A stretch of 64,000 bases of DNA from Lama guanicoe (taxonomy: Eukaryota): NCBI GenBank assembly GCA_013239625.1, contig MU056898.1, positions 1,765,717 to 1,829,716 of the forward strand. The letters run 5' to 3'. The first letter of the stretch is position 1. Every line of letters starts with the position of its first letter. Below the pieces are notes generated by a model, which saw only the letters and a list, made by a program, of their open reading frames with translations, did not search any database and was not told where the DNA came from. Positions 23,901 to 37,800 of this stretch are shown in pieces. The position numbers were made by a program, and so were the translations under genes.

Positions 23901-26900
23901 GGTCCATGCGGACTGGGTGAGCCGCCGCCCAGGCCCAGCCCGACCCGAGTTGCTGAAGGCCTGGCTGCGAGGGGACGCCCAGGGCCTCACTTCCCGGTCT
24001 GTGACAGCAGGTGCCCGGACGGGCTGTTTACCACCCAGCAGCTTCATGACAAGGTGAGCCTGGCACGTGGGGCGTGGGTCAGCTCCCTCCCGCCCTCCTC
24101 ACACTGAGTGCCCGTCCCCGGCACACGGAGCAGCCCCGCCGCCGCCGGGAAGGGGCCTCCCTGTGCAGGGCTCATGCCCGGTCCTCTGCGTGGAAGGAAA
24201 ACCCAACACCCAGTCAGCGCTGGCTGCTTGCTGACAGCTTCCTCCCTCGTCTACAGGACACAGAGCTGCGGCCTCTGCTCGCCTGCCCTCAGGGACAGGG
24301 ATGAGAAGTCTGCTCGCTTCAGATTGTTTTCTTTGCCACTGGGACCCACTTCGAGCAGAGACAGACTTTCGTTTTCAGAGAAGCTGGCTCCAGTCTACCG
24401 GCTCACTCTGAACGCTGAGAGCCAGGGCTTGGAAAGCAGACAGGCGACCAGAGGGGGGGGGGTGGCTCCCCTGCCGGGGTACCCAGCTCCCGCTCCTCTG
24501 AGGCCGCACCGTCCAGCACCGTCTTCCCGCCCCTGGGCTCACCCTGCCTTCCGGGCTCTGTGCTTACTGGAAGGAAAACAGGAATTCACTCTTAAGTCAT
24601 TCAAACCACACGCTGCATTTTAAGCAAACTTGGTTTGGCCACGTGACCCAGAAAAACCCAAATTGACCTAGAAGGGAGCTGGCTTCAAGTTGCAGACAGA
24701 AAAAGTAGTGTGTGTGCCTGGGCCAGTGGTTTCCTGCACGCTCCACACGCTGGCTCGTCCACAGGACAGCCCCTCCCAGAAAGCTGGCAACGTCTGCAGC
24801 TTAAAACGGGACCCAAAGCCCCACACCCAGCACAGGGGACTGTGCTCGCCACCTGTCTGCCCTTCCCCTCAGGGTGCCCAGGGTCTCCCTCTGCCCTGTG
24901 ACAGCCAGTGGACGCCAGGTAATGGGGGTCCTGAACGTGGAGCCCGGGACCCCTCCCTGCCGCCCTGCGGGCCTGGCCTGGCCCAGATGGGCGCTGTTTC
25001 AGGGGGCGGGGGAGGGGGCTGTTCCAAAGCACCCTTCTTTCTGCGTGGGGTCCTCCTCGCCCCACCTCCCCGAGTGGGCTGGGCAGCTGGCAGGGAAGAG
25101 TTTTGGAGGGAGTAACCAAGGACAGGGTAACCCAACCCCCAAGAGTGGGCCCCCAACTCTGAGGGTCTTCCTGTGCGGTACCCAGTTTGTCTGGGGTCCC
25201 TGACAGCATGCATGTCCCATGGGAGCACCGTGGGAAGCCCACGGAGGCCCCAGGGCGGTGAAGGACGCCCCCAGGGCCTCAGGTGGGCTTTGCTGGGGGC
25301 CCTGGTGTTTGAACGTCTCTTACAGCTGTGCTGCCCACGCTGTCCTGTGATGTGTGATGATGAGACCGGGGACCCCGTTCCCAGAGCCCCGGGTCCAAGC
25401 ACGGCTTTGGAGCGTGCTTGCAGGGGTAAGCCTCGCAGACGTTTGAGGACCACTGGGTGTGGGGAGGCGGGGGAGGCACGCAGCGCTTGGTGAGGAGCTG
25501 GGCCTCTGCCTGTGTCGTCATCCTGGGTCTCCTCGGGCTTTCGGGCGACGAGGTGCTATGCTGTGAGACCCCGTGGCCAGCCACCCGCCACTGGCGTCCC
25601 GAGCCTGCAAGCCCAGGGAAGGACCCAGTCCTGACAGCGAGTGTGGGCTGCGCGGGAGGAGAGCTGGCGAGCAGGTCGCTTGTCACCCGGAGCCCCGTGC
25701 AGGACCCTGAGCCGCCAAGCGCAGAGCGGGAGAGGCTCACGGGCCCCTGCCCCGGTCATTTCAGAGTGGGCTCCGCCGCCGCCTCCTCAGATGGGCCAAC
25801 AGCCGTTCAGAAAGCCCTCCCTCCGCCCGTTTTGCTTCCCTCCATGGCCCACCCCACCCCTGCCGTGGCCCCGCGTTCTTTCCAAACTTCAAACCAACCA
25901 AAAAGTGAAAGTAGTTTTGTACCTCATATGACAAGGTACTTACGCATCATAAAGGGTTTTTTTTGTGTGTGCGTGTGCAGTTGATTATTGAAGAGACCTG
26001 CCCACCCTGTCAGGTAAGTTTACCGTTGAGTTTGAGGCATGAAGAGGAAGAGGGTTTCCGTTCTCCAGCAGTGAGCCTTAGCGGCGGCCGTGAGTTTAAG
26101 AAAAATGAAGGAAAAGTTGTGCATCTTTTTTGTTCCATGAGCATGTCAGCGCTTTGCCTTTGGCTGCAGCTGTGGCTGTCTTGCCGTTTCCAGACATGGG
26201 AGACAAGGTGGCTGTTGTAGTCGCTGATCCCGTGAGAATGTGAAACTGGGTAACATATGAAATGCAAAAAAAAAGAAAAAAAAAAGGCGCGCTGGGTCTG
26301 AGCCAGGTCCCGCAGCTCTGGGCCTTGCTCTGCGCTGGAAGCTGGTGGCCGTGGGCCTCCACCCTGTGCCTCCTGTCGGGAGCAGGTGACGGAGCTGCTC
26401 ACTGTTGTAAGGCCCCTCGAAGTGGCGGAGCAGGCGGGCTGCAGGGGGAGGGCCCGGTCCCCTGGCCGCTGCTGCTCCCCAGGAGGAAGGACAGGCCCCC
26501 AGGAGGAGCAGCCCCGCCTTGCACTTTGGGGGCTGGCCTGCCTTCCACGCCTGCGAGCTCAGCCCCTGGGGTTTTTCCATCCAAGAGGCCTGACTTAGCA
26601 AAACTGGCTTCCCTGTGAACCCTTCCAGCCTTGCGGGGAAGTTTCTGAGCACCTGGAAGAGCCACAGGCCCATCTCCCCGGAACCTCCAGTCTCCCACAG
26701 GGTCGGGAGGCCCTAGGGCAAGTCTCTGGTTCCAGGGGGCAGCGGCCGCCCCCTGCAGGATGGCGGTGACGGCGCCCGTGTTCAGAGCAGCTGTTTAAGC
26801 AGTAAATGAGCTGACGGCTCCGAGTGTGAGGACAGAAGGTCAGGGGCTTTTTGGTGGACAAGGTGACCTCCCGCCCATAGAAGGCCTGCCCTTGTCCGTT

Positions 26901-27627
26901 CCCGGGGCCTGCCTGGAGCCCCTCGGCGCACCGTCCGTTTACTGCTGGGGCTCCTTCTGTGAGCACCAGGCCACCCACCCATCCCACCGGGCGCTGGCGT
27001 CTTCTGTGTCCACAGGTCTGACCTGCCTCCCCACTTGGGTCGTCTGTGCCCCGAGGCCGCCTGCTCTGGGCTGGGTTGGGGGCAGGAAGCAGGGCTCCCT
27101 GGACGGAAAGCCACGTCTCCTCCCTCCTGGCCTGCAGCGTCCGCCCTCCCCAACACACAGCGGCCCAACCGCCTCGGCACACATGTGGGAGCTGGTGAAG
27201 TCACCAGCCGGGAGGCGGGAGCAGGGGGTGCTCTGTGCACCTGACGCCTGGAGTGTCACACCCCCCTCCCACCCACGAAGCACAGGACACCTGACCCCCC
27301 CACCTCCCGACCTGTCCGCCTGGGGGGTGGGCCGTCCGACCAGCGTTGGTCGTCATGTCAGTCGTGCCCCAGATCACTGCCCACTGCCTTGCTTCTCTGT
27401 GTGTCCCCAGCCTCATGCTGAGGAGGCCAGGAGACTGGTGACAGCTGGATCGAGGGGAGTGGCTCCCCCCCACTGCCCCTTTCCGGGACGCACTGTCCTT
27501 CTGGTGAGCCCAGCGGTCAGACTTCCTGTTCAAACCCACAGACAGGGCAGGGGAGCGGACGCCAGGGCGGGGGTGGTGCTGTCATTTCCTGCCTTGACAC
27601 CAAGACGCCTCTGCGTGTAGAGGAGCC

Positions 27628-28000
27628 GCTTTATTCAGAGTGTGTGTTTTATACCACATCACTCACCTGTCTTAAAGTACAGTTCAGTGTTGCTTAGGAA
27701 ACTCACGGGCTTGGGCAGCCATCACCACAAGGCACTTTAGGGACATCCTGAAGGGGGCGGGTGCCAGGACCCCAGGGCAGCACCGTGGAGACTGGCGGTT
27801 TTCCCGAGCATTATTCAGTCTTGGGACCGTGACGCGCCTGTAGAAGTTTCCTCGTCTGATCGTGAGACCCGAGGGGCGTTGGGGACTGCAGTGGCAGGTG
27901 GCTGCGGGTTCCTGAGGGGCTGGTTTTGTGACAGCGGTTCCTGTACAGTCCTCCAAGGCCTGTACCTGTTCGGGGGCCCCGACTGTATGATCACCCAGTT
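27628..28000 (-). mobile_element. Degenerate L1M 3' fragment
   Basis: cttaaagtacagttcagtg ... gcagccatcaccac resembles the L1M 3' terminal consensus. Confidence 0.5.
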
Positions 28001-31000
28001 CAGAAAGTCAGAGGACATTTAGCCAAACGTGAGGCGGCGGCAGAGGCCTGCCTGAGGCTGGGAGGGCGGAAGAAGTGTGGGCCGCAGGGGCAGGGCCTCC
28101 CAGTTGTGCCGGGAAGGAGGGCTGCGGTGCAGGGGCTGCTGGGGATGAGGGGCTCGAGGTTTGGAGGGCAAAGGCCTTGCATGGGTCTGCGAGTGTCCTT
28201 GGCCATGTCAGCTGTGGGGCCTGTCTGTTTGGGGCTCCCCACCTCTCCGGGCAGGGGGTCCGGGGCTCTCCAGGCCCTGGGCGCCGGCCTGAGCGCACAG
28301 GCGCACGGTGGCCGCTGGAGGGAGCCCCGCGTGCGCCTGCTCCCGAGGCTGGACGGCCCCGCTGAGTCGCCCGTTATCCTGCTTAGAGCCTAGACGCGCA
28401 CAGCCACTTGTCTGCCAGCGTCTTATTTCACAGGGTCAGTGACAGCAGTGGCAGGCGGTTTCGAAGCAGCCCTGCCCCCTTGCCTAGGAAACAGCTAAGC
28501 TGTCCACACACCGGGAGGAAGTGCCCGGTTCTAAGTGGCCACTGCAGGTGGCCGCTGTGCAGGCGGCCCCGACTGAGAGGGAAGCTCCCCCTGGCTGCTC
28601 CCTGTTCCACCCCACGCCGCCTCCGTTCTGCACAGTGCCTGAGCCTTGGCCTGGAAACGTGCGGCCCCAAGTGAGCACCAGGGTGTCGGCTCTGCCCCAG
28701 CGGGGCTGGGGCCCCAGACTCCTCCCATCCTGCGCTATAGTGTCGCTCAGACTCGTGCCGTAAGGAGCCTGAGGTGCTGCGCTGAAGGCTCCCTGGTTAA
28801 GTAAGGCAGGGAAGGGCTGTGGACGCCCCTCCTCGGGTGTGACCTGGATGAGGAGCCCTGCGCCTCCGGTCGCCGCTCGCCAGCCCTCTCCTGCTCCCCT
28901 GGTCCTCAGCCCCCACCCCGCACCCCGTGACCTGTGCTGGGAGGGGCTGCGGCCTCACCACTCAGGACCCTTGGCCGGCGTCCCCCGGGGCTTCGGCTCA
29001 CCCGCATCCCCGAGTCCTGCAGAACTCAGTCGCATCCACACGCCAGCCAAGGCCGAGCCGGGTCCTGGGCTGGGCCCTACACTTTGAACTCCGTTCTGTG
29101 AAAAGGGGCGCCCTCCCCTCACGTCTCAGGGTGGCAGGGTGCTGGGTCTGGGGTGCAGTGCTAGAACCTCGTGGACATGACCCTCCCCACCTCCCTCCCT
29201 TGAGCTCCAGCCTCTGCACGGCTCGGCCTGGGGCTAGTTCCTGACGCACGGGGTGTCTCATCACCCAAAAGCCAGTGTTGATTCCCTTGTCCTAGAGGGT
29301 CCTCTCCGCTCACCCGCCTGCCCTTCGCAGGTCAGCTCTGTGATCACATCTCTTCCGCCAATGGCTGAGTCCTTCTGCGCCTGGAGGTCGCTCAGGCCGC
29401 GTCTGTTTCCCATGGCAGCTCGGGCGCCCCTCCCCCAGGTGCCCTCGTGTGGAGCAGGGACCCTCGTGGGGTCCACGCAGGGAGGCCTGGTGAGAAACGC
29501 AACTATTGCTCAGGCGTGTCAGCACCTCCAGGGGCTGATGCTCGGCCTCCTGCTCCCCCGTCTCCAGGGGGGCAGGGGCACAGACAGGCTCAGAACCCCC
29601 CCGGTCACACAGCAGGTGGCAGCTGTACCCCGAGCCAGGCAAGGGGTTTCTCTTCGAAACTGGGACACGTAATCAGCCCCTCAGTTCCCAGAGCCCTGAT
29701 GCTCCATGTCCTCTGGGGATGAGGGTGCAGTTTCTGGGCGCCCCCTACTCTCTGGCCAACACAGGCACGTTCTCCTCCTGGGACTTAATCCCGTGCTCGA
29801 ACAAAGCCACATGCACATCGGGGCTGCTGCAGGCAGAAGGTCTGGGGGTCTGTGAGGGCAAGTCCGCCCACCAAGGCATTGGCCTGTCCTCAGAGGGAGG
29901 GAGGGAGTCGAGGGGTCACCTCCCGGCGTCCAGAACAGCCTGGAATCAGTTCAGTCCTGGGCCGAGCACCTGAAGAGGACGCAGGGTCAGAGGAGCCCAG
30001 GGAGGAGGAGGGGGCTTGGGCGGGCTCTCCAGCCGGGCAGGCCTGGGTTTCTCCTCGGCTCTGGCTCTCCACGCATCAGCCAGGTCACCTGGGGGTGCTG
30101 GTGCTGTCCATTCCACATCTGCTCGTGGCAGGGAGACCAAGGGTTTGAACACACTTGGTGCTGAGTGTGTCTGGTTTAAGTGCTGGATGAACGGGGGGCT
30201 CACGTGGTTGGTCGTGTCTTTGGGTCTGTAAAGGGCCAGCCAGCACAGGGAAGGGGGTCATTCAGAGGCAGACGCAGCACCACCAGTGGGGTTACCAGGG
30301 GGCGGGTCTGGCTCCAGGTGGTGGAGACCAGGGGGCTGGGACCCTGTGGCTGAAGACAGTGGCCTCAGGCAGGCCTCCAGAGGGCCCCCGGCCTGGCGAG
30401 GAGCAGGCTCCCAGGGAAGTTACGTCACAGGTCCAGTTCCCAGTGGGGTCGGGGTGGTGCTGTTGCAGGTGTGCCGGTAACTGGGTGACACGGGGGCTCC
30501 TCTTACTGGTCTCCACTTCTGTTTGCAGTAAGTGGTTCCTTGGAAAATAACCTCACCTATGTTGACAGGCAGCTGGGGTTTGGGTCTAAGTCTTGGGCTC
30601 TGTCCCCGAAGTGGGGTCTGCTCAGGGAGGGAGGCTGAGGAGGGGAACATGAACGCAAGCTGCTCAGACCCGCCTTCCATGCGCGCGCTTCGCGCAGTCT
30701 GGCGGAGTGCTTGCCATGCAGGGCTGAGTGGCCGGGACCACCGGACACCCTCGGCCCTGTCCTCCCCGGAGCCCTGAGTGTGGCCAGGCAGTGTCCGTCC
30801 TCTTGGAGGGTCATGTGCCCGTGACAGACTCTGACAGAGCTGCAGCGACGAAGGGGAATGGGGCTCGGGGGGGGCAGGGGGGACTCCACGTGTGACGAGC
30901 CGGCCCAGCCCAGGATCCGCCCACTGGCGTGGCTCCTGCATGGCTGCTGCTGGAAGTGCCCGCCGTCCGGGGACCCCGCCATCCAGCCCATTGACATTTG

Positions 31001-33448
31001 GGGCCAGCTGTACCGAGTGCAGGGGTCCCCCAGAGAAGTAGCCAAGATGCTGGGGTTTAAGTCACGAGGGGAGGGGCCATCTTGTGGTACTTTTTGTGCC
31101 GGTTTCTGGTACACGTCACACACCCTGCAGATCACACGTGATGGTTCAGAGATCCGACAGTGAGGCTCAGACGACTTCCTGGCCTTCCAGTGTGGGTTTT
31201 TCTTCAGTGTCTCCCTCAGATGCATGTGTAGGACTTCAGGCCACCCGGGCCGATGTAACGGATTAGAAATAAGAAAGCCCCCAAAAATCCTGACGGATTT
31301 TAAATTCAAGAACTTGACTTGTAATTTAACCTCTTGATGACTTACTCCTGTTGGTCCTTTGTCCGGAGGTTCTTACAAAGGAACAAATGTTTGACTTCTT
31401 GATGTGTCTGCCAGTTAGCAGATCCAGGATCCTGCAGTGACCTTTGTAGCCTTCATGAAGGAAACTCAAGGTTAAAGGCACCTTTTGGGATCTTAAATAA
31501 CGAAGTGTAGTGAAGTAGGTGAGCTTTTGTTTATCAACAAAAATAAGAGCATTGATATTAGAATTATAGTGAAGTGTCAATAGCAAAACTAAGGACCTTG
31601 GGACTGTACTGAAAAGCTTATATTCTGGTATCTTGCAAACACATTTGAAGAAATACAGGATTGTTCAAATGAAAACAAAAACAGGGCTGAGTTCACAGTC
31701 CACCTCAGCTCTTTCCAAAGAGCTCCTCAGTCTCTTCTGAACAGCCCAAGATCCGTCCACGGCTGAAGTGCTGGCTGTGGGGCATAACAGAGTGGCCGGG
31801 AAAGGATGGAGGCGAATGCCACACAAGAACGTTGGGCAACAAAAACACTCAAGAAAAAAAATAAAAACAGAATGGGCAGACGCGGACTGAGAGGAGGTTC
31901 TGTGTAGGGGAGCTTGAACCTCCCACGGTGCGGGGTTCTGCACCGGGGACCCCGATCCAGCGGCAGGAAGTGCTGTCCATGGGGCCTGCTGCCCCCAGAG
32001 GTGGACACTGCCACGGGGGAGGAACAGAAACATGTAGCTGCCTGGGCGGGACCCCACCCCACCCCTGGAGGCCCCAGAGACCAGCCAGCTTGTAACCAAG
32101 GCCACTGAAACGGAAAAGGAAAAAAAAGTGATTTGAGGCCCCTTTGGCTCTTCGGGCAAGATAGGCTGGGCCGGGGGCCAGGGACCAAGGGCCCAGGTGG
32201 ACCCCACCCCAGGCACTCTCTGTACTGGAGCGGAGACTGGAAAGGATGAAGAAGGGGAGGGTCTTTTATTTTAAACCTGAGGCACCCTCCCCTAGTGACA
32301 GTGCTGTGCCAGGGACCCTGCAGGGTGGCCCTGTCACCCCCTTAGCCAACTCCAGGGCATCCGAGGGGAGTCACAGGCGCGGACCGGCCCTGGTGTGGCT
32401 CCTCCAAGACACACGGCCCTCGGGGCAGGTCTGAGTGGGGGCGGTCAGGCCTGAGACTGTCAGGGTTGAAGAGTCGTGCCCCCAGCCGCTCTGGGGACCT
32501 GGAGCGGCAGAGAGGTGGCTGTGCTCTTGAGCATAAAGAGCCCTTCACCGACCGGCACGACGCAGAAACCTCTTCAGGGTCTGCGCCCCGCGTGGACTGC
32601 AAGGGGCCAGCCCGGCGCCTGGTGTGTTTCTGGGATTCTGAGCCGGCAGCCTCTGCAGAAAAGTAACTGACCCTCCCGGGAGGCCAGGCCCCAGTAGAAG
32701 CCTCAGAAGTGGGGCTGCACTCATCCCCGGCCGATGGGTCAGAATGCACGAGTTTTCAGGTTGTCGGAGGTACAGGTGCTGCGGGAACTGCGATCACGGA
32801 GCACGGAGCGGGTGGGGGGCACGGAGGGAGGGGAGGGAGCGCCGCCTGCAGGCTCCGGGCAGGGCTTGCTGCCAAAGGAGTCTGCTATGAACTTGAGAAA
32901 ACTGTTTTTAGAGCTTTTAAGGGTTTCAGAACTGAGGATTAGAAGGTCGTGGGCCGTAATTTCATCAACACTTGGGGTGGAGGAAGCGTCTCTTTGGTGT
33001 TTTTAAAGGAGGGAGCGGGGTGGGCGGGACCCCTATGCTGGGCTGGGACCGTGGGAGGAAGGGTTGCGTGTTCCCGCACCGCACCTGTGCGCACCTGGCT
33101 GGTGCCAGAGCAGCTGCATCCAGTCCAGGAGTGTCCTCATGTCCCCGAGCGCAGAGCAACCGAGACCTGGTGGCTGCACACCAGTCTCCGTCCGTTCTTA
33201 CCACCTGTGGGCCCCGTCTACAGACCCTCTGTCCTGAGGGCGGGCCCTTCCAGCTTTGGCGTCAGGTTAAAACCCTCGCAGACCTGTACTCAGAGCCCTG
33301 GGAGGTGCTCTGAGGGCGCACCTGGGGGTAGTAGGGGCCGGGCACCGCCTCCCGCTTCCCTATCTGACCCTCCCCTTACCACTACCTCTGCAGGGCCCAC
33401 CAGCTCCAGCCCCCCCACCCCCAGGTGTGCATGTATTGTTTCCTTCAT

Positions 33449-33454
33449 TTTAAT
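33449..33454 (-). terminator. Candidate GPR146 polyadenylation signal (ATTAAA)
   Basis: tttaat on the + strand within an AT-rich segment ~400 nt past the stop codon; an AATAAA alternative lies at 32265-32270. Confidence 0.4.
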
Positions 33455-33853
33455 ACCTTGTGATTTTCCCACCAGACGTCAATTTTCATAAACAAGAAGA
33501 TAAGAGGGAGGAATCAAATATTTGAACAATGCAATGTATAAATACTGACTTTAGATATTCATCACTTCATTGGAAAGCCCTGCGTAAGGCTGAGGGCGAG
33601 CAGGTTGTCGAGGGCGCCGACCCGAGCCGTGTGTGTCAGGAGGAAAACACACCCCAGGAGCAGCGGGGCGTCCTGGACGCTGCTCACCCCCACCCAAGGG
33701 CCATGGCCTTCTGTGGGAAAACAGAAAACTTCAAGGAACACGCCCCCTGCTGTTCTTGGTTCTCTCTCAGCGCGTCTCCTGGGGGTCTCCTGAGACGGGT
33801 GGTGCGCTCCCCGCACTGAGTCTCCAGCTGTGCGCAGGCCTTGGACAGGCCGT

Positions 33854-34855
33854 CTACGCCATCGCCTGCTGCGGCCCCGCCTGGTCTAGGGCGCAGCCCT
33901 GCTGCCCACGGTGCACCTTCTTCAGCAGCCGCCGGAGCTTGCCGGGGAAGTTTCTGTTGATGTAGCGGTAAAGCAGCGGCACCACTGAGCTGCTGGCGAA
34001 GGCCAGGGACCGTGACAGGTCCTTGGCAAAGCGCAGCATCCGCAGGTGGTGCCCATCCAGGGGCTTGCCCCGCGCAGCCAGGATCGTGTGCCCCAGGAGG
34101 GTCAGGTAGTGAGGCGTCCAGAGCCCAAACTGCACACACACAGTGGCCACCAGGAGCCTGTGCACCGAGGGGTCCAGCCACCCCGCGTCCTGGTCAAGCG
34201 GCGTGTCCGCCTTCCGGACTCGTGAGAGGAGCACGAGTGCATAGAGCACGGCCAGGCCGGGCACCAGGTACCCGGTGAGCACCAGGATGGCGTCGGCGGC
34301 CTCGGTGTCCTGCATCCTGGCGCATTCCGCGAGCCTGGCTGCCACGTGGCCGCAGATGTAGAAGAGCAGGGAGGAGAAGCTGGTGAGCAGCGCCCCGCCC
34401 CAGACGAAGCCACACACGTGCCTGCTGTTGTAGACACTGGACATATAGGTGCGCGGCAGGGCCCGCTCAATGTAGCAGTCCAGGCTGAGCAGGGCAGTGG
34501 AGTACAGGGTCACCAGTGAGGACACATTGAACAGCACGAGCAGCGTGATGTGGACCGCGCTGCCCAGGTCCCACAGGGCCCACCCGGAGGCACCAGGGCC
34601 CAGCAGGTGCACGGGCGCCAGAGCGCTGAGGACCAGGCCCGCCACGGCCATGTTGGCGAAGTAGACATCAGGCATGGTCATGCTGCCCTGGTCCTGCAGG
34701 TTGACCGCGAGCAGCAGCGCGTTGTAGCCCAGGCCCACCGGGACACCGACCACCAGGTGGAGCAGGGACAGGGCGGACAGGGCCCGCTGGACGTGCGGGC
34801 ACAGGAGCTGGTCCTCACCCCCGCCCGTGCCGTTGAGAGGGCCGCAGCTCCACAT
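33854..34855 (-). CDS. GPR146: G protein-coupled receptor 146, 333 aa, intronless CDS
   Basis: The translation from [10 protein letters not shown] contains [42 protein letters not shown] and PLLYRY. An acceptor (ctctgcgctctccccacAG|cccgccATG) lies 6 nt upstream, so the first 63 aa of the track ORF are probably not coding. Confidence 0.96.
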   Translation of the reverse strand: MWSCGPLNGTGGGEDQLLCPHVQRALSALSLLHLVVGVPVGLGYNALLLAVNLQDQGSMTMPDVYFANMAVAGLVLSALAPVHLLGPGASGWALWDLGSAVHITLLVLFNVSSLVTLYSTALLSLDCYIERALPRTYMSSVYNSRHVCGFVWGGALLTSFSSLLFYICGHVAARLAECARMQDTEAADAILVLTGYLVPGLAVLYALVLLSRVRKADTPLDQDAGWLDPSVHRLLVATVCVQFGLWTPHYLTLLGHTILAARGKPLDGHHLRMLRFAKDLSRSLAFASSSVVPLLYRYINRNFPGKLRRLLKKVHRGQQGCALDQAGPQQAMA

Positions 34856-37800
34856 GGCGGGCTGTGGGGAGAGCGCAGAGTGAGTGCCTTCCCTCCAGCC
34901 CACCGCTGTGGCCTCACCCAGCTCTGAGGGTGTCCATGGGCCCTGGGGTCTGCCCTGGACGTTCCCCCCCATTCTCATTTCAAAGCCCCTCCATGGGCAG
35001 AGGGCGTGGGAGCTGCAGCCTGAGGAGGGTCCCGCCCCATCCACATGACCTTACGCTCCCGAGCATCTCCCGTCCTAGCCTGGCTTTCAGGGCCTCCGCT
35101 TCCCCTGCCTCACTCTGTGCCCCACAACTGGTGCCAAGAAGGAGCCCGGCAGCTGAGCCACCCCTGGCCTCCCCGTCTGTCTGCAGCCAGCCAGTGTGCG
35201 CGCGTGCGGGTGGGAGCCTCACGACATCCCCCTCACCCCCTGCCCAGCCCCTCCCTCTCTGCTCACAGCCAGTTTTGGGCAGTAACGGTTGAGTCTGAAA
35301 GGGCTGGCACACAGGGTGGATGGCCCCACCCACTGGTGGCAAGAAGGCAGGTCCCCTGCTGCCCCTGCCCCTCCCTGGGGTCCAGACCCATCCTGGTGGA
35401 CCACAGGTTCAGCTTGGAGGACTCCTACTGCGCAGGTGTCTGCAGGAACTAGGAACTGTTGGCCCTCCGCGGTAGAGAGGGGCGCACACGCAGCTGAGGT
35501 GGAGGAGGGAGCAGAGCGGCCACAAGGGGTTGCCTGCCCTGGGCAAAGAATGGCTTGATTCTTGGGAAAGCGTCACACGGAGTAAATCTGCTCAGAATTT
35601 TCCTTCATGGGCCCACGTGCTTGTGCAGCGGCTCGCCAGGCCCAAGGGGGCTGTGAGGGTCTGAGCTGTCGGCTGCGCTGGGCTTTAGGTTAAAAACCTG
35701 CCTGAGTTTTTGTTCACGGGCAGATCACAGCCACAGAACTGACACACTTTGCTTCATGAGCTACTAGTAGCTCTTACGTGTCAACTACCAGTCACGTGCT
35801 GGGCTTCAAGTGCTGGGCGTGAGCTCAGAGGCCCCACTTTTCCTCCACTTTCGGTCATTCTCTTGCACAGTGCAGACAAAGCAGAGCAGAGGCTGCACCC
35901 ACTGGCACCCCGAGAACTGCAGAGCAGCACTGGGTCTGGCAGGAGAGGCGGTCACGTCGGGAAGTGTCCACCTGCCCAGGTGGCAGGGCAGCTGGTGTTC
36001 TGGGGACGGCGGCGGGGGCTCCTGCCCTGTCCAGGGACTGGGAGACTCCTGCAGGATGCTCCTACCTGTCATCCTGCACCTGTGACCCCAGAGACACTCC
36101 TGAGCCCCAAGCCTGCCCCAAGGCTGCAGAGACCAGCCCTGCCTCTCCCCATCTTGTTTCCCAGTGGTTGCTACCCCACTTCTCTTCCGCACTCTGGTTT
36201 TGCAAGTGCAGGAATCTGGGAACAAGACTCCTCCCCCGGCCCCAGCTGTCTGGGGAGGGGGCCTGAGGACAATGGCTTGGCTGCCACCCTCCACATGGTC
36301 TGAGCTGGGCTGTCTTTCAAGTCACCAGGTTCTCTGTTCACTTCCTTCCTGAGAAAGAGGAACTTGGACTCCAGCCAGCGCAAAGACCAGAATTCCAGGA
36401 AGGGCCCTCTGCGTTTCTGTCCCTCTCAGAGGCAGGAGAGAAGGGACAAGGTGGCCCCTGCCTCGTGGGGCTGGATGCTCCATGTTCTGCAGTTCTCAGT
36501 CTGAAGGCGGCCATGCTCTCCCCAAATGGCAGAGTTAACAGTCCAGCCTCTGGCGACCCCATCACCTGCTGCATCCCCTCAGCTCAAGGGGTCAGGGTCA
36601 GCAAGGACCCCAATGGCCTCTCCTCCAGGCTGGCCCTGTCACCACACCCCGTCCCTGGGTCCCTCGCTATACCTCCCAGGCAGAGCTGCCCACCCCTGCC
36701 TCACTGCACTGCCCACTGGGCTCTTCTAGGCCCCTCTGGGCCCTGCATCGCCCTCTTCCGTGCTCCCTCTCCCCCCACTGCCCCCCTCTGGGCTGCCGGA
36801 CCTGGCTACCCCTCATCTGCCTCCTGTCTCTGCCAGGCCGGCCTCCAGACTCTCACTGGCTGGTCTGGCCGCCTCCCACCCTCCCCACCCTTCCCTGTGC
36901 TGCTCTCAGCACCAGCACCCATAGAAGGTGCCTGCGCCAGTCCTACCTGCCGTCCTGCCTCTCCCACAGGACTGCACCCCAGGGTTCCTCCATTGGACCC
37001 CCACTCCTGCCACCCGGCTGTCTCAGCCAAACCCAGTTCTGTCCCTGAACCTCTTCCTTCTGCCCAGTCAGGGTCCTAGCCTCCCCCCCTCCCCCAAGAT
37101 GGCTTCTGCGAGCCACAGCCCCTCCCTTCCCTCACTGCACAGGGACCGGGACCACACCAAGGCGCACACCCAGCCACTGGGGTGCACACGACCTGCTCAC
37201 TCTCGGGACCCTGGCCTCCGCAGTGATGTGCTGTGCATGGCCTCTCTGAGCCAGGACTGCCACCTGCCTCGGTCCGCAGAGCAGGGGCACGCCGAGCACG
37301 GGCAGGTCCACAGTGATGCCACGGCAGGACTGCCGGGCCCCGGTCTGGCTTGGCCAGGGAGGGGCCGCAGGAGGCCTGCCCACTGTGAGGCTGGAGCCTG
37401 GAGGTGGCTCTGTGGGCTGGGCCCTGGCACATGCCGGGGGTTGTCTAAGGTGGTCTGGTGGTCACTGGGTCCTGCTATCCTGTAAGGAGAGTAACGTGAT
37501 GTGAAGGGGACTGGCACCCCGTCTTTCTGAGGGTTTTGTTTTGTTTTCTGATTCTGCTGGTGGGACAGCTGTCTCAGCGCTGCGAGCACAGGTGGCTCCC
37601 CAGCGCCCGCTCCCCTCCAGCTCCCCGCTGGTCCCAGGGGGCAGAGAGGTCTTCACAGCTCCAGGGCAGGGTGATCCCGGGCTGGGGGCCAGCAGGCCAG
37701 CCTGGCGGAGCAGAGACTGACTCAGTGCAGGCCGGCTCAGGGCCCTGGGCCAGGTCCCCGAAGTACCGCTCACCTGAGGCTCACAAGCAGGGGTCAGCGC

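Noticed and set aside
27661-27670. Perfect minus-strand donor (CAG|GTGAGT) as orphan GPCR exon 1
   Set aside because: It lies inside an L1 relic with no supporting promoter features.
34856-35044. 63-aa N-terminal extension of GPR146 in the ORF track
   Set aside because: It begins at a non-ATG codon and crosses a strong splice acceptor at 34862/34863. The 333-aa form matches the known length.
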